Shown one piece after another: positions 24,120 through 33,136 of a DNA stretch of 35,233 nucleotides (positions are counted from its first letter, which is position 1; each line of letters begins with the position of its first letter). This stretch comes from a virus. Taxonomy: Duplodnaviria > Caudoviricetes. The notes under the pieces are model-generated. The model was not told where the DNA came from. It made no database searches and was given only the letters and a program-made list of their open reading frames with translations. The position numbers and the translations under genes were made by a program. The stretch spans positions 1 through 35,233 of IMG/VR virus record IMGVR_UViG_3300011339_000251. One strand, 5' to 3'.

Positions 24120-25423
24120 TCCTGCTGTACTCCCCACGGGACGCATTTATGCCGTTCCACAACCGCACAACCCGCTGGTCATGCTTGGTTGCCCATCGAC
24201 GGGCCGGTAAGACCGTGGCGGCAATCAACGATGTGATTAAGCGGGCAATCACGGAAGGCAGGCAAGGCGCACAGTATGCGTACATTGCCCCGTTTAGAAG
24301 CCAGGCCAAGCGGGTGGCATGGGATTACCTCAAGCATTACGCTGCCCCAATCACCAAAAACACAAACGAAGCCGACTTGATGGTGGAACTGATTAACGGC
24401 GCAAAGATCATGTTGTTTGGCGGTGACAACGCCGATGCCATGCGCGGAATGGGTTTTAACGGGGTATACCTTGACGAATACGGCGACTTTCGGCCTAGCG
24501 TTTGGGGCAATGTAATAAGACCGACACTTTCAGATCGGCTTGGCTGGGCCGTCTTCGGGGGGACGCCAAAATCAAAAAATCAGTTTTACGACATTTACAA
24601 GGTTAGCCAAAACGTACCGGATTGGTTTTTACTGCGGTTACCAGCATCTGTAAGCAAAATTTTGCCCGAATCCGAACTGGCGGCGGCACGGGCACAGTTA
24701 AGCCAAGACCAATACGACCAAGAATATGAATGCAGCTTTGATGCGGCAATTATGGGTGCTTACTATGGGCAAGAGATGCGCTTGGCGCAGGACGAAGGCC
24801 GCATTAGGGAATTGCCATTTGAACCTGATGCGCCGGTTTACAGCGCCTGGGATTTAGGTTACCGCGATGACACGGCGGTGTGGTTTTATCAGGTGGTGCG
24901 CGGTGAAATCAGGGTGATGGACTACTACGCCGTCAGCGGCGCAAGCATTGAGGAAATAGCCCAAGTAGTTACCGACAAGGGCTACCGGTACACCAAGCAT
25001 TACCTACCGCATGACGCAAGGGCAAAAACGCTGGCATCGGGCGGTAAATCCATTGTGGAGCAGCTTGCGGCGCACCTTGGAGGCATGAGCAAACTAGCAA
25101 TCGTGCCCGAAATCGGGGTGCAAGACGGCATCCAAGCGGTTCGGATGGTGTTGCCCAAGTGCTATTTTGACCCTAGTTGTGAGGAAGGGCTGGAGGCTTT
25201 GCGCCAATATCAGCGGGAATATGACGAGGACAAGAAAGCATTTAGGCAAAATCCTCGCCATGACTGGTGCTCACACCCAGCGGATGCCTTTAGAATGTTG
25301 GCAGTGGCCTACAGGCAAGAGGCAAGAGATCAAGAGCCGCCCAAGGGCAAGACCATCCAAACCATCACATTGGATGAATTGTGGGAATTTGACACTCAAC
25401 ATCATCGTGGAGAACGAATATGA
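24101..25423 (+). CDS. terL: Terminase large subunit
   Basis: Walker A HRRAGKT, Walker B VYLDE, GTPK coupling motif, QEYECSF, nuclease WDLG..D and H.ADAFR. Confidence 0.96.
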   Translation: MGKREIILLYSPRDAFMPFHNRTTRWSCLVAHRRAGKTVAAINDVIKRAITEGRQGAQYAYIAPFRSQAKRVAWDYLKHYAAPITKNTNEADLMVELINGAKIMLFGGDNADAMRGMGFNGVYLDEYGDFRPSVWGNVIRPTLSDRLGWAVFGGTPKSKNQFYDIYKVSQNVPDWFLLRLPASVSKILPESELAAARAQLSQDQYDQEYECSFDAAIMGAYYGQEMRLAQDEGRIRELPFEPDAPVYSAWDLGYRDDTAVWFYQVVRGEIRVMDYYAVSGASIEEIAQVVTDKGYRYTKHYLPHDARAKTLASGGKSIVEQLAAHLGGMSKLAIVPEIGVQDGIQAVRMVLPKCYFDPSCEEGLEALRQYQREYDEDKKAFRQNPRHDWCSHPADAFRMLAVAYRQEARDQEPPKGKTIQTITLDELWEFDTQHHRGERI

Positions 25424-25695
25424 GCCAGCCAGTAGCAGAAGTCGGTGCTTACAAAAACATGACAGCAACAGGGGCGGTTTCAACCGGCCCATGCCAATTA
25501 ATTGGGTTTTACGTTAACAGCACCACCGCTGGCACTATGGTGCTAACCGATGGCGGCGCAAGCGGCACGGTGATTTGCGGCACGATAACGCCAGCCGTTG
25601 GATTCCATCGTTTTCCCGCCAACATTGGATCAAGCCTTTACTTTACCGAGGGTAATGTGTTGGACGTAACATTCTTTTTTGCATCGGGTAACTAA
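25420..25695 (+). CDS. Small beta-rich virion-associated protein
   Basis: 91 aa between terL and portal, translationally coupled to both. Confidence 0.6.
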   Translation: MSQPVAEVGAYKNMTATGAVSTGPCQLIGFYVNSTTAGTMVLTDGGASGTVICGTITPAVGFHRFPANIGSSLYFTEGNVLDVTFFFASGN

Positions 25696-28013
25696 TGGCC
25701 TACCAAGAAATGGGTGCTTACGAGGGCGATGACCCTGGCCCGTATTGGCACGACCAAATCGAATCCGCGCAAAAGGTTTTTGACAAATGGGAAAAGCGCG
25801 GGCATAAAATTATCAAGCGGTATCGGGATGAGCGCGATGCGGTAGAAATGCCCCGCGTTCGATACAACATTCTTTGGTCAAACATCCAAGTGTTGTTTCC
25901 CGCGCTATACGGACGGCAAGCAAAGCCCGAAGTCTCCCGCCGCTACATGGATCAAGACCCCGTGGGCCGTCTGGCATCAACAATGCTGGAACGGGTCATG
26001 GAATACGAAACCATGCAATTTGGCGACTTTGACAACGCCATGCGCGGCGCGGTTGAAGATCGTTTGTTGCCTGGTCGCGGCACGGCATGGATTCGTTACG
26101 AGCCGGTGATTGTTAACGAACAACCCGAAGTAAGTGAAGCCGCCGGTCAAATGGAGGAGCCAGGCGAGGCGCAGATTTATGACACGGTAGAGGAGCCAAC
26201 CGAGCGCATTGATGCGGCGCACAGCCCCATTGATTACGTTTATTGGACGGACTTCTTGCATTCGCCAGCCCGCACATGGGATGAAGTATGGTGGGTTGCC
26301 CGCGCCGTTTACATGACCAAAGACGAAGGCATAGAGCGTTTTGGCGATGTGTTTAAGAACGTTGGTCTAGACAGCAGCAACACGGACATGGATGCCAAAA
26401 ATCCAATGACCGCTAAAAACACCTATGACAAAAAAGCCAAGGTGTTTGAGATTTGGAACAAGCGCACCGGCAAGGTCTGCTGGGTGGCAAAGGGTTATCC
26501 ACAAGCGTTAGATGAGCGTGACGATCCGCTGGAATTGGAAGAATTTTTCCCATGCCCGCGCCCGTTGATGTCAACCACCACCACCGGCACAATGATCCCC
26601 GTGCCCGATTATTGTGAGTACGAAGACCAAGCGCAGGAACTAGACAACCTAACGCAGCGCATTTTCTTGCTTACCAAAGCCTGTAAAGCAGTGGGCGTGT
26701 TCAATGCCGAATTCAAGGAATTAGGCCGTTTGTTTACCGAAGGCGTAGACAACAAGCTTTTTCCCGTTACCGCATGGGCGGCAATGTCGGAAAAAGGCGG
26801 GCTAAAAGGTGCAATCGACATGATGGACACTTCGACCATCATTGTGACCTTGCGGGAACTGTATTCAGCACGGGAGCAAGTCAAGCAGGCCATTTACGAG
26901 ATTATGGGCATCTCGGACATCTTGCGTGGTGCATCAAAAGCGCAAGAAACCCTTGGCGCACAACAGCTAAAGGCAAACTTTGGCAGCTTACGGATGCGAA
27001 GCAGCCAAGGCGATGTGGCGCGGTTTGCTTCCGACATCTTTAAACTAAAAGCGCAAGTTATTTGCAAGTTTTACCCGCCAGAGTTGATTGTGCAGATGTC
27101 AGGTGTAATGGACACCGAAGATGGTAAAGACCCGCAATTGCTGCAAGCCGCCGTGCAAATGTTGTCCAACAGCACAATCCGCGACTTCCATATTGCGGTT
27201 GAAGCCGATAGCCTAGCGCAAATTGACGAACAAGCGGAAAAACAAGGCGCACAAGAAGCCATCCAAGCCATTGGAATGTTTTTGCGTGAGGCAATCCCAA
27301 TGATTAGCCAAGCGCCCGAAACCTTGCCAATGGCATCCGAGATGCTGCTGTTCTTGGTTCGCCGCTTCCGTGCTGGTCGCGGACTAGAAAGCGCCGTAGA
27401 ACGCGCTATGAAAGCGTTGGAGCAAAAAGCGGCAATGGCACAACAACAACCGCCTGGCCCCAATCCCGAGCAATTGAAGATTGAAGCGCAAAACCAAACC
27501 GAGCAAATGAAAATGCAAGCCACGGCGCAAGCGGAACAAGCACGGATGCAAGCCGAAACACAAAGGGCGCAAATGCAAGCCCAATTAGACATTCAAAAAC
27601 ACCAAGCGCAATTGCAAGCGGATATGCAACTTGCCCAAATGAAGGCAGATTTTGAAACCGCCATGCAAAACAACGAAATGCAAATAAAAGCCCGAGAAAT
27701 GGCGGGAAGGGAAGAATACGAACGATGGAAAGCCGAGTTGGATGCAGCAACCAAGATCATGGTGGCTCGCATTGGTAGCAATCCTGGCGTAGATTTACCA
27801 GTGGTTGAGGCAGCGGCTGCACAAATAACCAATGAACTAGGCGGCACAATTATTCAAGCAATGGACAAAATAACCGCATTGCATGACAACATGGCAAATT
27901 TGCACGGGGAATCTATGCAAAACATTGGCGCGGCAATGCAAAAGTTAAGCGCACCTAAACGTGTAATTCGTGGCCCTGACGGAATGGTGATAGGTGTGGA
28001 GGCCGTCCAATGA
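25695..28013 (+). CDS. Portal protein with long C-terminal coiled coil
   Basis: 772 aa after terL; FFPCP, I.GISDI.RG...ET..AQ..K motif; Gln-rich C-terminal barrel-like segment. Confidence 0.85.
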   Translation: MAYQEMGAYEGDDPGPYWHDQIESAQKVFDKWEKRGHKIIKRYRDERDAVEMPRVRYNILWSNIQVLFPALYGRQAKPEVSRRYMDQDPVGRLASTMLERVMEYETMQFGDFDNAMRGAVEDRLLPGRGTAWIRYEPVIVNEQPEVSEAAGQMEEPGEAQIYDTVEEPTERIDAAHSPIDYVYWTDFLHSPARTWDEVWWVARAVYMTKDEGIERFGDVFKNVGLDSSNTDMDAKNPMTAKNTYDKKAKVFEIWNKRTGKVCWVAKGYPQALDERDDPLELEEFFPCPRPLMSTTTTGTMIPVPDYCEYEDQAQELDNLTQRIFLLTKACKAVGVFNAEFKELGRLFTEGVDNKLFPVTAWAAMSEKGGLKGAIDMMDTSTIIVTLRELYSAREQVKQAIYEIMGISDILRGASKAQETLGAQQLKANFGSLRMRSSQGDVARFASDIFKLKAQVICKFYPPELIVQMSGVMDTEDGKDPQLLQAAVQMLSNSTIRDFHIAVEADSLAQIDEQAEKQGAQEAIQAIGMFLREAIPMISQAPETLPMASEMLLFLVRRFRAGRGLESAVERAMKALEQKAAMAQQQPPGPNPEQLKIEAQNQTEQMKMQATAQAEQARMQAETQRAQMQAQLDIQKHQAQLQADMQLAQMKADFETAMQNNEMQIKAREMAGREEYERWKAELDAATKIMVARIGSNPGVDLPVVEAAAAQITNELGGTIIQAMDKITALHDNMANLHGESMQNIGAAMQKLSAPKRVIRGPDGMVIGVEAVQ

Positions 28014-28870
28014 GCCTTGTTTTAGCGGATCGCGTTAGACAAACATCCACAACAACGGGGTCAGGCACATTTACGTTAGATGGTTCGGTCGCGGGTTTTC
28101 AATCCTTTAGCGCAATTGGCGATGGCAACACAACTTATTACACCATTTCGTTAGATTCCCAATGGGAAGTGGGCATTGGGACGTATTCGGCGGGTACATT
28201 GTCCCGTGACACGGTAATTTCTTCTAGTACGGGAAGCAAAATTGCATTTGCCGCTGGTGCAAAAGATGTTTTTGTGTCTTACCCCGCAGAAAAATCGGTA
28301 AATCAAGACGCAAATAATCGTGTTTTGATACCTTACACATCGGGCGTAACCAATGTAGGTTCTTTAAATGTAGGTGATGCAACACCACACACCGATTCCG
28401 GCGTTATTGCTGGGTTTACCGCAAGTGAACCGCTTTATTTGTACACTAGCTTACAAAACACAAGCGCAGCTAATACAAGCTATGCATCGTATGCGGTTAA
28501 CGATGGTGGTCATACGGCTTATGGTGAATTAGGAATAAATAACGCAAATTACAGCTATTCGGCGGCGGGCTATCCTAACAATGGATTTAGCGCCCCATTA
28601 GCATCTTTTGTTGAATGCTACGGTGGCCCGTTAGTATTGGGAAGTTGGGATAACCAAAAAATTAGTTTTATTATTAATGGCTCGGTTAGTACAACGGATG
28701 TAATGACATTAAACACTAATGGTTCGGTTGCATTTAATGGGCAAGTCGGAACTGCTGGACAAGTTTTACAAAGCAATGCAACAAGCGCACCAACTTGGGT
28801 AACCCCTAGCGGTGGTAGTGGAATTACAACCGGTAAAAGTATCGCAATGAGCATGATATTTGGGTATTAG
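28010..28870 (+). CDS. Virion structural / fibre-like protein
   Basis: LVLADRV..TSTTTG.GT.TL N-terminus, WEVGIGT, GTAGQVLQS, TGKSIAMSMIFG C-terminus. Confidence 0.65.
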   Translation: MSLVLADRVRQTSTTTGSGTFTLDGSVAGFQSFSAIGDGNTTYYTISLDSQWEVGIGTYSAGTLSRDTVISSSTGSKIAFAAGAKDVFVSYPAEKSVNQDANNRVLIPYTSGVTNVGSLNVGDATPHTDSGVIAGFTASEPLYLYTSLQNTSAANTSYASYAVNDGGHTAYGELGINNANYSYSAAGYPNNGFSAPLASFVECYGGPLVLGSWDNQKISFIINGSVSTTDVMTLNTNGSVAFNGQVGTAGQVLQSNATSAPTWVTPSGGSGITTGKSIAMSMIFGY

Positions 28871-29409
28871 TATCCAAATGTTACAATATGGTTTTTGGAG
28901 TATAAAACCATGTGGACAGATGAGCAAAGAAAAGCAGCAAGTGAAAGAGCAAAAGCAAGATGGGCAGACCCAAACTATAAAGCTAGTCAAAAAAAGGCGC
29001 TTCTTAGGTCTCCAAAATGCCCAAAATGCGGTGAATCAAAAATTGAAAATTTTTATGTAGATGAAAATGGGTTAAGGACAAACAAAAATTGTAGGGAATG
29101 CCACAAAAAAGATTGCAAGGAGCGTTGGCACAAAAGAACATGGCTTGATCGATGGGCATCCAGAAACTACAAATATGGCGTAACAAAAGAATTTTTAATT
29201 GGCATTTATGAAAAACATCAAGGAAAATGTGCAATCTGTAATGAAGTACCGTCTTCTACAAGAGGATTGCATATTGACCATTGCCACAAAACGGGCGCAA
29301 TTCGTGGCTTGTTATGCCACGGTTGCAATACGGGGATTGGTGCTTTAAAAGAAAGCCCTGAAATTATGTTAAAAGCTATTGAGTATTTAAAGTGATCTTC
29401 GGATACTAA
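28867..29409 (+). mobile_element. Free-standing homing endonuclease insertion
   Basis: AT-rich endonuclease cassette bounded by inverted repeats and by two synonymous copies of the IFGY-stop codons. Confidence 0.7.
28910..29395 (+). CDS. Endonuclease VII-family (His-Me finger) homing endonuclease
   Basis: KYG.T, Q.KCAIC, LHIDHCH.TG.IRGLLC..CN.GIG, A.EYL; N-terminal basic segment and CPKC..CREC finger; ATG 28910 with GGAG RBS. Confidence 0.9.
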   Translation: MWTDEQRKAASERAKARWADPNYKASQKKALLRSPKCPKCGESKIENFYVDENGLRTNKNCRECHKKDCKERWHKRTWLDRWASRNYKYGVTKEFLIGIYEKHQGKCAICNEVPSSTRGLHIDHCHKTGAIRGLLCHGCNTGIGALKESPEIMLKAIEYLK

Positions 29410-29418
29410 GGAACAAGC

Positions 29419-29790
29419 ATGGCAAACCCTAATATTGTTAACGTAACATCAATTTACGGCAACACAAGCTATTTGATTCCAGGCACTACAGCGGCTACGA
29501 CTTGGACTGCACTTACTCCTGCCTCTGGCACGGTCAACAAGATTGACAACATTGTTGCGTCCAATGTGACTGCGGCTGTAGCAACAGTAACCGTTGCAAT
29601 TAACAGTGCAGCGGCTGGTGCTGGAACAAACTACCGCTTAATTTATCAAGTGCCTGTCCCAGTAAACGCTTCTATCGTCATAGTGGACAAAAGCACGGCG
29701 TTTTATTTAGGTGAAGCGCAGTCTATTGTGGTGACTGTGGGAACTGCAAGCGCGATTGAGTTAACGTCATCGTTTGAAGCAATTACTTAA
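29419..29790 (+). CDS. Virion structural protein
   Basis: MANPNIVNV.SI.G N-terminus, beta-rich, RBS AAGGA. Confidence 0.65.
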   Translation: MANPNIVNVTSIYGNTSYLIPGTTAATTWTALTPASGTVNKIDNIVASNVTAAVATVTVAINSAAAGAGTNYRLIYQVPVPVNASIVIVDKSTAFYLGEAQSIVVTVGTASAIELTSSFEAIT

Positions 29791-30953
29791 TGTCCACGCA
29801 ATACAAGGGGTCTGTTCTTTCATCGACAGAACAGCCTACATCAACTTCTAGCGCCAGTGGAATCTGGACTACTAGTGATGTAATGCAGGCGCAAAAAGCG
29901 GCTACATGGGTTACTTTAAGTTTTCCAATTGAATTTTTATTGATTGCTGGTGGTGGTTCTGGAGGCTATCAATATAGCGGCGGCGGCGGTGCTGGTGGTG
30001 TAGTTTTATCCACATCGTTAACTATCGCCCCTGCTACAAACTACACGGTAACAATCGGGGCCGGTGGAACATCAGCATCATCTAATACAACTGCTGCAAA
30101 TGGAAACGGCAACAATTCTGTATTCTCAGCATCAGTCTCTAGCCCCGCAATAGCTGGCGGTGGCGGTGGTATTGATCTTAGTAAAGCTGGCGCAAATGGC
30201 GGCTCTGGAGGCGGCGCTGCTTATTTAAACGGATTTGCTGGTGGAACTGGAACAGCAGGCCAAGGTAGGAATGGTGGCGCTGGAGATTCAAATGTCAATT
30301 TTGGCGGTGGTGGTGGTGGATATGGTGGTGTTGGTGCGGGTGGCACAAACTCTACTGGTATTGGCGGCGTAGGAATATTGAGCACTATCACCACAAATTT
30401 TGCTGGGACTGCAAACACAAGCACCAGCACAAGCATAAATATCACCGCCGTTTCTGCTGGTGTTATAGGTATTGGTACGCAAATAACGGGATCAGGCGTT
30501 CCCGCAGGCACTGTAGTTACCGCTTTGGGAACAGGTACAGGCGGCACTGGTACTTACACCATGAACAAGGCTACCACTACTACGTTAACTGGAACCGCAA
30601 TTACAAGCACTGGCGTTTACTACGCTGGCGGTGGTGGTGGTTGGACTCGAAACACAGGAACAACCGTTGGCGGTTTAGGCGGCGGTGGTGGTGGAGTAAC
30701 CGGCACTAACACAAGCGCAGGCGGCGTTAACCAAGGTGGTGGCGGTGGTGGCGGTGGAGCACTTGCAGTAGGCGGCACTGGTGGCTCTGGGATATTAGTT
30801 ATTGCCTACCCCAACACATACGCTAATCTTTCTTCTGTAGCCGCAGGGCTGACTTGTAACGGCAGCGCAGGCAACACTACGCCAAACACAACATACCGCA
30901 CGGGTTACAAAGTGTACAGATTCACTGCCGGTACTGGCGCTATTTCTTGGTAA
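29790..30953 (+). CDS. Glycine-rich fibre/adhesin-like protein 1
   Basis: LIAGGG.GG, GGGGAGG, Y.VTIGAGG, YAGGGGG, GGSGI.VI.Y, Y.FT..G.I motifs. Confidence 0.75.
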   Translation: MSTQYKGSVLSSTEQPTSTSSASGIWTTSDVMQAQKAATWVTLSFPIEFLLIAGGGSGGYQYSGGGGAGGVVLSTSLTIAPATNYTVTIGAGGTSASSNTTAANGNGNNSVFSASVSSPAIAGGGGGIDLSKAGANGGSGGGAAYLNGFAGGTGTAGQGRNGGAGDSNVNFGGGGGGYGGVGAGGTNSTGIGGVGILSTITTNFAGTANTSTSTSINITAVSAGVIGIGTQITGSGVPAGTVVTALGTGTGGTGTYTMNKATTTTLTGTAITSTGVYYAGGGGGWTRNTGTTVGGLGGGGGGVTGTNTSAGGVNQGGGGGGGGALAVGGTGGSGILVIAYPNTYANLSSVAAGLTCNGSAGNTTPNTTYRTGYKVYRFTAGTGAISW

Positions 30954-30959
30954 ACCACA

Positions 30960-31979
30960 ATGGCTACTAGATACAAAGGCTCTATCCTGTCGTCCACGGC
31001 GCAAGTGCCTAGTATTATTAGCGCAAAAGGAATTTGGAAAACTTCTAATGTTTTACAAGCGCTGAAAGCTGGAATATGGCCTACGTTATATAACCCTATA
31101 GACATAATTTATTTAGTGGTAGCTGGTGGTGGAGCAGGCGGTTCTTATTATTACGGCGGCGGCGGCGGTGCTGGTGGCCTTAAAACGAATAATGGCGGTG
31201 CAGCGTATTCAATCCCCCAAGGTTCAGGAGCATACGCAGTGGTTGTCGGGGCTGGTGGTACAGGTAGCATTACTACACCAACTAGCGGCAGCACATCCTC
31301 ACTTATTGGCACAGGTCTATCAATATCCTCAACAGGTGGTGGTAGGGGTGGGGCAGCTATTTCTGCTAACCCTGGCCCGTTAACAGGCGGCTCTGGAGGT
31401 GGTAGCGGATCACAAAGCGGCGTTAATGGATCAGCGGGAACTAGCGGTCAAGGTTTTGCCGGTGGAAATGGCGGCTCTACTGCGGGATATGGTGGTGGCG
31501 GTGGCGGTTCTAGTGCTGTGGGTACTACTGGTCAAGGCACAACATCTCCTACTGGCACAGGCGGCACTGGTACTAACTTAGCCAGTCTAATAAGCACTAC
31601 ACTCGCAACAAGCTCTAGCGTGGGTTTTGTTTCAAGCGCACAAGTTCTTTTTGCTGGCGGCGGCGGTGGTGGCAGGGACGGCAATTTAGGTGGCGGCGGG
31701 GATGTCGCGCCGGGTTCTGCTGGCGGCGGTAGTGGAGCCACCTACACCTTGGGCGTAAACGCTACTGCTGGGGCGGCGTACACGGGTTCGGGCGGAGGAG
31801 GTGCTTGCCATACCGGAATCAGCACAGCCAACGCAACTAGTGGCAACGGTGGCAAAGGCGTAGTCATTATTAAATACGCTGGGACGGCAGCCCGCGCCAC
31901 TGGCGGCGACGTAATAGATGTTAGCGGCGGATACGTCACCCATATATTTAAGAACAATGGATCGTTTACACCAATATAA
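30960..31979 (+). CDS. Glycine-rich fibre/adhesin-like protein 2
   Basis: Same Gly-rich architecture and shared N-terminus with the preceding gene. Confidence 0.75.
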   Translation: MATRYKGSILSSTAQVPSIISAKGIWKTSNVLQALKAGIWPTLYNPIDIIYLVVAGGGAGGSYYYGGGGGAGGLKTNNGGAAYSIPQGSGAYAVVVGAGGTGSITTPTSGSTSSLIGTGLSISSTGGGRGGAAISANPGPLTGGSGGGSGSQSGVNGSAGTSGQGFAGGNGGSTAGYGGGGGGSSAVGTTGQGTTSPTGTGGTGTNLASLISTTLATSSSVGFVSSAQVLFAGGGGGGRDGNLGGGGDVAPGSAGGGSGATYTLGVNATAGAAYTGSGGGGACHTGISTANATSGNGGKGVVIIKYAGTAARATGGDVIDVSGGYVTHIFKNNGSFTPI

Positions 31980-31984
31980 ATATC

Positions 31985-32344
31985 ATGGCACATTTTGCAG
32001 AAATTGACGAAAACAACGTGGTTACGCAAGTAATTGTGGGCGTTGACGAGCCTTTGGACGGCGAGGCTATTTACGCAGAAACAACTGGTACGGTCTGGAA
32101 GAAGACCAGCTACAACACACAAGCTGGACAACATTTGCTAGGCGGCACACCATTTCGCAAGAATTACGCGGGGATTGGGTACAGCTACGATTCAGACAGG
32201 GATGCGTTTATCCCCCCGCAGCCATTCCCAAGTTGGACATTAGACGAGCAAACGTGCCAATGGAATTCTCCTGCACCTTTTCCTAATGACGGAAAACAAT
32301 ATTTCTGGAATGAATCCACATTGTCGTGGACTTTTGTAGAGTAA
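31985..32344 (+). CDS. Conserved phage protein following Gly-rich fibres
   Basis: MAHFAE.DENN.V.QVIV, W..TSYN, RKNYAGIGY.YD...DAFIPP.P.PSW.LDE. Confidence 0.8.
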   Translation: MAHFAEIDENNVVTQVIVGVDEPLDGEAIYAETTGTVWKKTSYNTQAGQHLLGGTPFRKNYAGIGYSYDSDRDAFIPPQPFPSWTLDEQTCQWNSPAPFPNDGKQYFWNESTLSWTFVE

Positions 32345-32348
32345 CCAA

Positions 32349-32717
32349 ATGTTTGGTTTTTCGGCTTTTGTTGCCCTTCCGTTTACTACGGTTTACGGCA
32401 CTACACCGCCCGTACCACCTCCAATAGAAATTCCAATCGGCGGGCATTTTGGCTTTGACGAAAAGAAACGCAACGAACAATGGGACGCAGATAAACGGGC
32501 GGAAAAACAACGCAAATTAAAATTGCGCGAAGCTTTGTTTGGTTTGCCGCCTGCCGAGCGTGAAGAATTAACTAGCGCACCAACGCAAGCCATTGAGATT
32601 GCCGCCCGCAGCCCAATTGATTACGCCGATATGATGGAAAAAGTAAGGAAGATTGAATTTAGGATAAGATTGCGGCGTGATGACGAAGAAATCGCACAAC
32701 TACTGGAAATGCTATGA
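32349..32717 (+). CDS. Hypothetical protein
   Basis: MFGFSAF...PF N-terminus, DDEE...LL C-terminus. Confidence 0.7.
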   Translation: MFGFSAFVALPFTTVYGTTPPVPPPIEIPIGGHFGFDEKKRNEQWDADKRAEKQRKLKLREALFGLPPAEREELTSAPTQAIEIAARSPIDYADMMEKVRKIEFRIRLRRDDEEIAQLLEML

Positions 32718-33136
32718 AAGAAACATGGGTTTTCCCGTCCAACGGCTCCGAGCCTTATGAAAAGAGCCAAGGATCACAAACTGACCGAATGATGGTGTTT
32801 GGCGACATTGAGCCGTTTAGGTCGCCGGATGGTCAAATGATTATGGGCCGCGCCCAATGGCGCGAACACTTAAAAGCAACCGATACCATAGAAATGGGGC
32901 ATTCGGATGTTAAATATGCCCAAGCGCAATGGCAAAAGAAGAAGGAAGCACACACCGCCCGCCTGCGTGGGCAAGTGGCACGGGTGCAAGAATTTGACAA
33001 GCCAGGCGCACCAATTGCGCCTACGCAACGCAGTAACTTGAATGTAGAGATGGCAAACCGGTTGCACAACCGCCCGGCGCCCGAACGCAAGGAAATGATC
33101 AAAATGACCCTAGACCAAATGAAAAGGATGAAATAA
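32714..33136 (+). CDS. Hypothetical protein (pre-scaffold)
   Basis: DIEPFRSPDG..I.GR.QWREHLK....E.G motif, ATGA coupling. Confidence 0.7.
   Translation: MKETWVFPSNGSEPYEKSQGSQTDRMMVFGDIEPFRSPDGQMIMGRAQWREHLKATDTIEMGHSDVKYAQAQWQKKKEAHTARLRGQVARVQEFDKPGAPIAPTQRSNLNVEMANRLHNRPAPERKEMIKMTLDQMKRMK

Noticed and set aside
28871-29418. Group I intron housing the endonuclease
   Set aside because: Only ~40 nt and ~23 nt of non-coding flank, no recognisable P3-P7 core, and the upstream gene already ends with an intact stop
29790-31979. GGT/GGC-rich repeats as a CRISPR array or DNA repeat element
   Set aside because: They are poly-Gly codons within long ORFs, with no constant repeat-spacer period
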